Positions 52,792 through 64,000 of a DNA stretch of 64,000 bases are shown here, in pieces. Source of the stretch: Felis catus (lineage: Eukaryota); contig NC_058383.1 in NCBI RefSeq assembly GCF_018350175.1, forward strand, positions 6,512,001 to 6,576,000, given 5' to 3'. Each line of letters starts with the position of its first letter. Position 1 is the first letter of the stretch. A program made the position numbers and the translations under genes. The notes under the pieces are model-generated. The model was not told the DNA's origin. It did no database searches and saw only the letters and a program-made list of their open reading frames with translations.

Positions 52792-54089
52792 TTTTTAATT
52801 TTTTAAATAAAGAACTTACTCTTCTGGACACTAGTGAGACTAAACAATCGTGTTCCTCACATACTTACCGAGCACCTATTACGTGCCAAGCAAAACAAGG
52901 AAAGAATTGTGAACAAGACAAGTGGAAAATGTCTGTCCCCATCAAGCTTGTTCCGTCCCAGCTGGGACAGAGAACGGGTGAAGGGAGTGAGTCCAGTGTA
53001 ACGAATGTTCCATGAGGATTCTTTGTGGAGAAAGTTCAGTCTGGAAGAGGGAGTGCTGAGGTAGGGGAAGGTGGTCGCGGTTTCAAATCAGCAGTCAGAG
53101 AGGGCCTCGCCAGAAGGCGGTGTTGGGATGCAGACTTAAACAGGGCAGCGATGAGGGCTCCCCACGCAGGCCCCCAGGGATGGAGCTTAGGAGGTGGAGG
53201 GAACCGCCAGTGCAAAGGCCTGAGGCCCGGTGTGCCCCAGGATCAGCCGCGGGTCTAGCAGGGGAGACAGACCCCTAGTGGGTGGACCATGGCTGGGTGT
53301 TACCACGCGGGAGCTGCCATTTCATGAACACCTGCTATGGCATATCATCTTATTTTACCCTCTTAACACCTCCGGGGGCAGGATTCCTGTTCCCATTTTG
53401 CAGATGTGGACATTGAGGTTCAGAGAGGGTGAGCAGGGCTTTGCCAAATGGAACAGGGGTGGGCAGAGCTGTGCGGGAAGGGGTGGGGGCGAAAGGACTG
53501 CCTGTGTGTAACCCGACCTGGCCGCAGGCTCAGCGGGCTCCTCTGAAGCTCAGCAGCAGGGCCTGAGCTGGGGGGGGAGGGGCCTATCAAGGTGGGAGGT
53601 GCCGTCAGTGCTGGGCCCAGTTCTGGGGCTGTGCCCAGTTCTGGGGTGTACCCAGCTGCCCTCTGTACCTGCCTTCATCCCCACAGCCCAGCCACCCACT
53701 CCGGGCCGTCCCGCCCCACCCCTCCTCCCCTTGAAAGGATTTCTGGGTGAGAAAGGGCAGACCTGCCTCCACCTCCCCCCCCCCCCCCCCCCCATCTCCT
53801 GAAAGCCAAGCTCTAGGTGTGGAAGGCCTGCTGTGTGCTGGGCACCACCTGCCTTGCGTCCCCACCCCATCCTTCTGGTGGGTGGGGGGGAGGGCACTCT
53901 ACCTGTGAGGAAACCCAGGTGCAGGTGGTGAGCACCGACAAGGCACAGGTCAACACACCCCACCCACGGGAAGGAAGTGGCATTGGAAGGCCAGCCCCTG
54001 CTGCCTGCCCACGGGGTCGGCTGGGAGCCCGGTCTGGGATCAGACGCAGGGCTGACTTGGGGTCCCTTCCTCTCGGGCACAGGAGCTGA

Positions 54090-54278
<189 letters not shown>

Positions 54279-54819
54279 TGAGCTCGGGGCGGGGGGTGGG
54301 GGGGGCAGCAGGCGAGTGGGCACCGCGGGGTGGAGGTGACAGCACAGCCCCGCACCTGCTGCAGGTGCCGCTCGGGCTCCCAGGCTGGGGGTGAGAGGTG
54401 AAGACAGCCCGCAGTGGCAGGTAGTGACATGAGCAGTGAAGAAAAACATGCAGGAGGGGAAAGCATGGGAGGCAGAGGCGCTGGTTTAGAAAAGGTGGCC
54501 GGGAGGAAGGGACATGTGCACAGAGACACAGAGGAGGCGGGGGAGCCAGCCATGCCGAGGCCCTGAGGCAGGAAAGCCTGGCATCGTCAGGAGCAGCAAG
54601 GAGCCCAGGGCTGGAGCTGGGGAGCAGAGGGCAGTAGCAGGGGGAAGGGAGAACTCCCAGAGGTCATGAGACCGCTGTGGGGGTGCCTGGGGGTAGCGGG
54701 TACAGGTGAAGGATGGCTAGTCCCCAGGGAGGGGGCACAAGGTGTTTCAGGGAACCCCCTGCCAAGGCAGTGAAGAGCGAGGTATTGCCCAGATGGCCTG
54801 CGAAGGGTGTTCCTGGTAG

Positions 54820-55164
<345 letters not shown>

Positions 55165-55412
55165 TAAAAGGGATCATGTTGCCCCTTATTACTGAAAAAC
55201 TCAAGAGAGGTTTCTGGGCTTCAGGAAAGGTTTGATCCAGCAGCTCAGCTCAGAGTCACCAAGGACCCGTTTCTCTTCTGTCTTTTGGCTTTCCGGCATG
55301 TTTGGAGATATTTTGGAGAGCTGTAACACTCTCAAGAAGTTCTAGTAGTATCCCTTGGAGCAGCTTTCCTCCAGATTGTGTCCCTTAATCCCCTCCTCCA
55401 CCAGCGCTGTAG

Positions 55413-55739
<327 letters not shown>

Positions 55740-56179
55740 TAAAAGGCGGTGGGGCTGGTGTCCCAGGAAGCACTGGATGGCGTGCCAGGTCACTGTTCAT
55801 GTGACCCTGGCAGAGTAGAGCCTCGTAGGCGAGGGGCACTTCCACAGCCGTCCCATTGATGAGGGCACAGACCACACCACGACTGCTCGGTGGGCCTTGC
55901 AGAAAGCCCTGCATACATGCTGGCACGGACTCCCTGACAGCCCCCTGGACGGGACATCTGTTGTCCCCACTTTACAGATGAGCAAAGGAAGGCCCTGAGG
56001 CGGTCACTCGCCCAGGATGTCCAGCCTGTCATGTTCCAGGGCCGCGTTATAGTATCTTCCCCTAGGTCCCTGAGGGCAGAGGAGAAGCTGGAGTCTGGGA
56101 CACCTGAGATCACATTGCATCCTGGCCAGCTGGCTGCTGTGACTCCTCACTGAGCCTGCCCCCCGGGTTGTGATGCAGT

Positions 56180-56391
56180 TTATTATTATTTTTAACGTTT
56201 ATTTTTGAGAGAGAGAGAGGGGCACAGCACAAGTCGGGGAGGGGCAGAGAGAGGGAGACACAGAATCCGAAGCGGGCTCCAGGCTCTGAGCTGTCAGCGT
56301 GCAGCCCGTTGTAGGGCTCGAACCCATGGGCCTTGAGATCGTGACCTGAGCTGAAGTTGGACGCTTAAGCGACTGAGCCACGCAGGTCCCC
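56180..56391 (-). mobile_element. CanSINE in ARPC1B intron 4
   Basis: Antisense full-length SINEC. Confidence 0.88.
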
Positions 56392-56615
56392 TGAGTTGTC
56401 GTGGGGTTTAAAGGAAACCCGGGATAGAGGGCCCACCCTGGAGGCCACTTGGCACATCACTGGCCTGATCTGGGCCCTGGCAGGCTGGTGGGCTGGCAGC
56501 ACCGAGGCCCCTCCCTCCTGGGACCTTGTCGGGGGTCGGGGGGGTTGGGGGTAGAGGGTCTGTGGAGCCCCATGGGAACGTGGAGTCCCTGGGGCACAGA
56601 AGCCATGCGTGCTGA

Positions 56616-56762
<147 letters not shown>

Positions 56763-57696
56763 TGAGCGGGCAGGGTCTGGATGTCAGCACGGGAACTAGG
56801 AGTGGAGGGTGGAGGGAGCCCTGCACCCCGTGACCCAGACCAGCTCTGCTGGCAGGCAGGCTCACCCGGGGCCTCAGCCCTGCATCTGAGAGGTTTTGCC
56901 TTTCGAGAAGGGTCGTCGATGGGCCCCGTCTCCAGCCCTCGTAGAGTCTTGGCAGGATGCGTCCCTCGCTGCCTCTCTGTGTCAGCAAGGAGTCTTCCCT
57001 GGGCCCTCGTCTTCTGCTTCGTTAGAGTCCCCCTCCCTCGGTTTCCTTGTCTTCCATCTGGAGGACAGCGAGCAGCTTAGACAAACCCGTGCCCCGTTAT
57101 CTCGGGCCTGGAATGGAGCCGCTGGTTGCTCCTGGCGGTTTTTCACTTCTGGGCCCAGCGCCCCCGAGTCTCCCGAGGCCTCTGGCTCCCAGCTCCAGGC
57201 AGATGGCCTGGGCGCCTGGGAAACAAGGCTGCAGCAGGCACCGGAGGCCCCTTTGGAGGCCCCCAACACGCACAGAACGTCCTGATGAGGCTCCGTTGGT
57301 GGGTGGGGAGCTGGTTTGCTGGCACCTTGACCTGTCGGGCGGACCCCCGTGTTGGCCCTGGGAAAGCAGGGCAGGGAGGAGGGGCATCCACGGGGCTGGC
57401 TGTGAAGTGTAGGGGCCAGCGTGATGGGGACCAGGACACCCCCTGGGGACCGTGTCAGCCGTGCGTGGTCAGTCCTTAGATGAGGGCCCGAGGGCCCTGG
57501 GAGTTACAGGATGCAAAGCCGGGATTCACTCCCTTGCACAGGAGGGCACTGAGGCCAGACTCGTCCAAGCGTGAAGATGCGGGGCGTGAAAAGCTGGCTG
57601 TGGTATCCACCAGCCTCTAGCTGGGCACTGACCTCAGTAGGCCACTTTGGGACAGGGAGTCTCTGGTCAGTCCCTCCCAGACCCCCGGTCTCCTGA

Positions 57697-57933
<237 letters not shown>

Positions 57934-57998
57934 TGAGTACAGGCCAGGGGAGTGGGGGGCAATGGAGGCACAGAGCAGGCGGGGACAGAGTGGCTGAC

Positions 57999-58018
57999 CT
58001 CTCTCTCTCTCTCTCTCT
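57999..58018 (+). repeat. (CT)10 forming the polypyrimidine tract of ARPC1B exon 7
   Basis: Perfect repeat between branch-point-like CTGAC (57994-57998) and the CAG acceptor. Confidence 0.95.
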
Positions 58019-58021
58019 CAG

Positions 58022-58097
58022 CGTGGCAACTCTGGCCTCTGAAACACTGCCGCTGCTGGCCCTGACCTTCATCACCGAGAACAGTCTGGTGGCAGCG
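58022..58097 (+). CDS. ARPC1B: ARPC1B exon 7 (76 nt)
   Basis: [25 protein letters not shown]; (CT)n-cag / gtgagg; the preceding intron is only 89 nt. Confidence 0.96.
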
Positions 58098-58983
58098 GTG
58101 AGGCAGGGAGGGGAGTGGTGCTAGTTAGAAAAGGTCTCCCAGAGATGGCCAGGCAGCCCTCCACTGCCCACCCCCCACCCCTGACCTTCTTTCCCTCCTT
58201 CCTCACTCCCACCCAGCTCCAGCCAGCCGTCAATCTGTGGTCAGAATGGGTCGGTTACACCGCAGTAACAGCACCCCAGTTGCTATAACGTAACACAGTG
58301 TGGGCGTTGTGAGGGACCCTGCTCTGTGCAGGTGGACGCTTTGTCTCCAAAACACTACCCCCCCCCGCCCCCACCTTGGAGGAAGAATAAGGAAGTGGAG
58401 AATCACGCCCTGGACCCTGAGGTTTCTGCTTACATCTCACAGGCCAGTGGAAATTACAGGGCCACACCTAACTCAGTGGCGGCCACATGGTCCAGCCACA
58501 CATCCAGAAGCGCACTGCCCTCCCTCCTTCCTTCTGTCCACCTATCTGTCAAGTCCCCTTTCAGCCCTCAGCAAATATACTCTGGTCCCGGGGGGGGGGG
58601 GGGGGATTGGGCCTGCTTTGCCTAACAGAAGCGCCCAGCTGTGGGGTGTCTCCCAGAGTGGGTGTGACTGCTCAGGCAGAAAGTCCCTAGGTTTCCAGGG
58701 GCGTCCCAGACAAGCTTTCTCAACTGTCCACTGGCCTTGTTGGGGGAGGGGCCACCCCTAGATGCTTGCCCCCACCGTCCGTCCCTGTTCTATACCTGGG
58801 GTCCGTCCAGCCAGCTGTGTGTCTGAGCTGGCACTGGCTTCCCGCTGGCTCCACCAGAGGCCCCCCGCCGCCCAGCCCGTCGGTGTCGTGTCTTGCCTCC
58901 GGCCTTGGATCCCCGTGCTCAGATTGGGGGCGCCGTGCCAGCCCTCAGCCAGCGCTCCAATGGCACCCTCACGACTGTTGCAG

Positions 58984-59189
58984 GGCCACGACTGTTTCCC
59001 GGTGCTGTTTACCTACGACAGCGCCACAGGGACGCTAAGCTTCGGTGGGCGGCTGGATGTGCCCAAGCAAAGCTCGCAGCGTGGCTTGACGGCCCGGGAG
59101 CGCTTCCAGAACCTGGACAAGAAGGCGAGCTCGGAGGGCGGTGCGGCCGCAGGCTCGGGCCTGGACTCGCTGCACAAGAACAGTGTGAG
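58984..59189 (+). CDS. ARPC1B: ARPC1B exon 8 (206 nt)
   Basis: [68 protein letters not shown](S); ttgcag / gtgagg. Confidence 0.97.
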
Positions 59190-59709
59190 GTGAGGGTGGG
59201 GCCGACCTGGACTCTCCTCCCAGCAGGGTCAAGGTGAGGGCCCTGATTTAGGGAGCAGGGCGACCTGTCGGTTGCACAAAACTAGCATCAGGTGGGGACA
59301 CAGCAGTCAGCGTGCCCCTCGCTTTTAGAACGTGGCCGTGTGGGGACTGTTGTAGAAGCTCTGGGATGGCCAGAGTGTGACCAGCCCCAAGGCTGTGCCT
59401 CCTTGAGGAATGAGGGGAGCGAGACGGTCCACAGCTCCCAAATCCTGCCAGCCACAGGTGTCCACTCCACAGCAAACCAGGGAGAAGTGTGGCCGCTTAA
59501 ACCCTCCAGTAGCCACCAGGTCCGGTGTCCTTTTCAGACTAAACTCATGTCCCCTTTCAGGGCTTGTCAGAACTAGCCCTGCATGTCTTCCCAGCCCCGC
59601 GTTTTGGTTTTTCCCCGTCCAGTTACAGTCCTGCCACGCTGCACACTCCCCACACACGTGTGACGCAGGCCCTGCCCAGGCCTTTGCATGTCCCGTTCCA
59701 CTCGCCTAG

Positions 59710-60123
<414 letters not shown>

Positions 60124-60212
60124 TAGGGCTGGGACAGGGGAGGGTAAGGTCCCTGCGGGTGGGGTGTGGCAGGACCACTGAGCACTAGCCTGTCCTGCTT
60201 GTCTCCTTCCAG

Positions 60213-60251
60213 AGTTTGGAATCAGCCTTGAAGGACCTCAAGATCAAATGA
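60213..60251 (+). CDS. ARPC1B: ARPC1B exon 10, coding part (SLESALKDLKIK*)
   Basis: Acceptor ttccag ends 60212; TGA at 60249-60251. Coding exons sum to 1119 nt = 372 aa + stop. Confidence 0.96.
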   Translation, partial: SLESALKDLKIK

Positions 60252-60518
60252 CCTGTGAGAAATATGTTGCCCTCATCTCAACTGCTGGGGGGAGGGGGTC
60301 AGGGAGGCTAAGGGTTGCTTTGCTGAACGTTTCCAGGGTACCAGTTTGGGTCCCCATGGGGACTGCTCCATCCAGAGGGGAGGGGCGGGGTGGGAAGCTT
60401 TTCTTACCTATTGAAGGAACATGTGCCTTTTTCTTAAAGAAATGCTTTCATTTATTGTGAAAAACAAATGTTCCCAAAGCACGGTGCTGGTCATGAACTG
60501 CTTCAAAAACATGGAGGG

Positions 60519-60524
60519 AATAAA
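60519..60524 (+). terminator. ARPC1B: ARPC1B polyadenylation signal
   Basis: First AATAAA after the stop (~270 nt), with a GT-rich stretch (ggtctgtgtctgg) ~20 nt downstream. Confidence 0.8.
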
Positions 60525-61425
60525 AAAGCAATCACAGACCTGGTCTGTGTCTGGGAGTTCATTTTCACAAGGGCTCAGGTAGCTTATTTTTCCTTGTCAG
60601 CAAAATTGATCTTTAAACCCAAGGGCCTTCCTCTGAATGGTTCCTTTCCCTGCAGTCCAGCCAGGGGGCTGCCAGAAGCAGGTGTCCGTCCCGTCATCCG
60701 GTAGCCCGATTCCCAGACCAGCGGTTGCACATTTTAGCTGGTTCTGGGCTTTAATGGGAAAGTATTTCTCTACTCGATGCTGGCAGTGGATTTTTGACAT
60801 ATGCACTTCATTTCCTGAGACGGTTTTTCCCCCATTCCTGTTTCACTCAGAGCGCCTATTCAACGTGTGCTTCTTAGTGTCCTATTCACGGTTTTTTCTT
60901 AGTCTAGTTGGGTAACGTGATTTACATCAACAGATCAGAACTGCGAACTCCCCCTTACATTTGCATAAAAATGGTACCTCAAGAAGCCTTCTCTCAACCT
61001 GTTCTAGGCCCGTCCCTCAGGAGAGCCTCCTCAGTCGCAAGAGGCCCACAGATCCTTTTTTAAATCACAATGAGACGGGCCACACAACTCCTCTTATTCT
61101 CTATGAAATGCAGTGCCAAGGTCCACCCAGCCAGTACCAGCCCTCTGCAAAGTGAGCTTCTGGGCCTGACTCAACTGTTGTCAGGCCCCGGAAGGCCAGG
61201 GAGATATTCACATACCTTTTTCTACAGCTCAGCTTGGGGCTGGAAACATGGCCCCAGGGTATCAGTGTTGTTCCGAGACCCCGAGGCACAGGCCCCCCCT
61301 TACTCTTAGAGAAAGATGAGCGGCAAACAGGCTCTTGTTCGGCCACCGAGGCCTCAAGCAGAGGCTTCACAGTGTCAACCGTCTGCCCTCATTACAGACA
61401 AGTCTTCGCTTAAAGTGACAGGCTC

Positions 61426-61567
61426 GGGGTGCCTGGGTGGCTCGGTCAGTTAAGCGTCAGACTCTTCATTTCTGACAGCGTAGAGCGTGCTAGCGATTCT
61501 TTCTTTCCCCCTCTCTCTGCCCCACCCCTGCTCAAGTGCTCTTTCTCACAAACACTAAAAAAAAAAA
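61426..61567 (+). mobile_element. Internally deleted CanSINE
   Basis: ggggtgcctgggtggctcggtcagttaagcgtc head, CT region and A tail, with the middle missing. Confidence 0.75.
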
Positions 61568-63664
61568 CCACCCAAAAAACCCTGATAAGCTCAGTCATTT
61601 GCTTCTACCAAGAAGGAAAAGGCATTATGACACTGTAGGGTAGGACTGGCTCCTCAAAGGGTAGTCAAGGCTCCTGTGGCAGGTGGGAAGTCCCATCAGG
61701 GAAGGAGGGGATCTGGACCCTATTCTGTGATGTGCACATCACCAGTGGACACCAGGACCACTGGCCGGGCTTGCTGGGCCTTCTGTGCTCCGTGCCATGT
61801 CCTACTGGATGCTGAGGACAGTGAAGGAGACAAGAAGCTCATAGTCTGGTGGGGGAGGTAGATGATGACAACCCAGTGTTTTTGGTAGGGGGAGAAGGTG
61901 GCAGAGAAAGAAAAGGAGGGGTTGGGGCTGAGAGAAGTTTCCAGGCAAGTAATAACGTGCAAGGGCTGGGGGCAAGGGTTTGACCCTTCTAGGAGTCAGA
62001 GGACTGATAGGGCGCAGGACAGGGATGAGATGGGTGGGTAAGGCTGGGAAGGTCCCCAGAGACCAGCTTCTGGAGGCCCCTCGCATCCTGGGGAATCAGG
62101 CCACTAGAACTGGGCAGAGATCTGAGGTTGCTGCTGTTGTGTGGGTGTGAGATGATGTGGGGACAGCACAGGCCCTGGGGACCAAGAGGATGCAGGGGAG
62201 GAGGGACAGCGAGCAGCTGGGGTGACCTGGGTGAGTGTTGGAGGACACAACTGGGAGAATCCTAACACCCAAGAGTCACTGTGTCCCCACCTTGGGAGGA
62301 AGGCTTTGTTATTCCCATTTTAAGAGCATACTGAATGCCAGAGAAAGAAGTTACCTCTTCAAAGTCTCACGGGCAGGAGGCAGCAGAGCCAGGATCCAAG
62401 CTCAGGTTTGACTTCCAAGCCTTGAGGGGCGTCTGCTGAAATGGACTCGATGTGTGTCCGGATCTCTAGCTGAACCAGGAAGGAAATGCCTCAAGCCAGA
62501 ACTCTTGCCAGCATGTCACCCAGGCGTGCAGCTGAGATCTATACAACCTCTCATGGGCCTGCAGCCACCAGGGAAGTCCTCGCCTCCGGTCTCACACCAG
62601 GTCCAACAAGACAACAGTCCTGGGCACACTGGGAGCCTTGCTGGCCAAGCACGGCCTCTTCATGCCGGCCACTCCTGCAAATCAGCTTCCAGCACGTTAG
62701 AAGATACTTCCTTACCACCCCACGTGGCTCCAGTTCTGCTGGCTGGTGGCCCCTGGAGGCAACGACCGTGCACTATCTGTGCACCTTGCCAAACAGCCAC
62801 CACCTTCTTGTACCTTCCTCCATCTTGTCAGAAAACCTCATTTGCGTGGGACAGACCGAACCTGAGCTACGGCAGGACCTCCAGGGGAGGGGGAGGTGTT
62901 CTCGCAGGTCCCAGGGGCAGAGGGATTTTCTGCAGGCCAGGGTGAGCTGTAGACACTGGCGGCCGTGGTGTCCCTGCCGGGGGCTCCTGGGTCTGTTGAC
63001 CTCTAACACGGTCAAGCCCAGGGGGGCATGGTAGGAGTCCCTGGAAGTCAGGGGCCTGATTCCATCTCTGCCCATTAAATCCCTCTTTCTGACCTCAGGC
63101 CAAACCCCTGCTTGGCACAAATTACTGACCTCTCAGGATCGTACACAAAGGACACTGCTGTTCACAAGGCAGAGCGCCCCTCATGAAGGGGTGCAGGAGA
63201 AGGGACAGGCACAGTGGCCAATTCTGCAGGCAGCTCACGTGACCACGAAGTCTGTTTCCCTGCTGCCATCTCCACCACCCGGGGTGGTAAAGACGGGATG
63301 AGGTGATGCCTGGCAGTCACGTGGGTGCTGGGACACTTCCTTCCAGCACTCAAATCCTGAGACTGTTACCAGCAGGGGCATCTGGAGGGCAGGGCGGGGA
63401 GGCGCAGAGCTGCTGTCGGCCTGCTGAGGGCAGCGGACGGCACCCTGGCCACTCCAACTTAAGGTCGGCCATGGTCAGGTAAAGGGAGGGGAGGAGCTGG
63501 CTCTGTCCTGAGGTCTCTCTTAGCTCGGAGGCCCAGGGACAAGTCCCCACACACTGCTGGATGCTGCCTGAAACTTGCAGGGCAGACTGACCTGACAGCA
63601 ACACCATGCCCTGTTGGGTGAAAAGGGCCCAAGCATGGGGGCCCAAAAATGGATCACAGAACAA

Positions 63665-64000
63665 ACGTTAAGATAATGTCAAGTTTAATCTGCCAAATAT
63701 ACAAGTTGGACTTGTGGAGCATGTTCTGCCTGGGTGCTGCACAGTAAACAGAGGTTTCTTGAAATGATCAATGGGCAAGGTTAAGAATGGGCCCTGGCTC
63801 TGGCCAGAAGGGTGGGAATGGGGCGGGGAAGGGCGAAGGGGACTGGCTGGGGACAAGCCATGACCCTCAGGGATCCAGGGACACGGGCTCCTGGACGATA
63901 GCCCCTCTGAGCGAGCACCCAGGCAACACAGACTGGGGCTGGTTGTTGCAAACTCAGCGGCAGCTGCCCCTCTGCACAACCAGCCCCTACTGTGCAATCT
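63665..64000 (-). other. PDAP1: Probable 3' UTR end of the convergent neighbour gene (PDAP1 by synteny)
   Basis: Minus-strand ATTAAA (TTTAAT at 63684-63689) followed on the minus strand by GT/T-rich gtttgttctgtg. PDAP1 lies tail-to-tail with ARPC1B in mammals. No PDAP1 coding exon is in the window, so the identity is inferred. Confidence 0.55.

Overview
Eukaryotic (mammalian) genomic DNA. The dense tRNA-derived CanSINEs of the SINEC_Fc type point to a felid. The window holds two complete, tandem, same-strand paralogues of the p41 WD40 subunit of the Arp2/3 complex. ARPC1A has a CpG-island promoter at ~11.2-12.3 kb, a non-coding exon 1 and 9 coding exons (16930-40309, 370 aa). ARPC1B has a CpG island at ~46.4-48.1 kb, a non-coding exon 1 and 9 coding exons (54096-60251, 372 aa). 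All introns are GT-AG and intron phases are identical between the genes. The first ~10 kb is repeat-rich intergenic DNA (LTRs, L1, MIR, SINEs). The last ~340 bp look like the 3' UTR of a convergent gene, probably PDAP1. The most notable signal is a 24-nt element that is 23/24 identical in the otherwise unrelated non-coding first exons of both genes and folds into the same stem-loop. Other leads: a candidate 22-nt poison microexon in ARPC1A intron 8, an in-frame stop blocking ARPC1A-ARPC1B read-through fusion, an ETS/NF-kB/CArG-like cluster in ARPC1B intron 1, a splice donor reconstituted at the exon 4/5 junction, and microsatellites serving as polypyrimidine tracts. Repeat family names are by eye and repeat boundaries are approximate.
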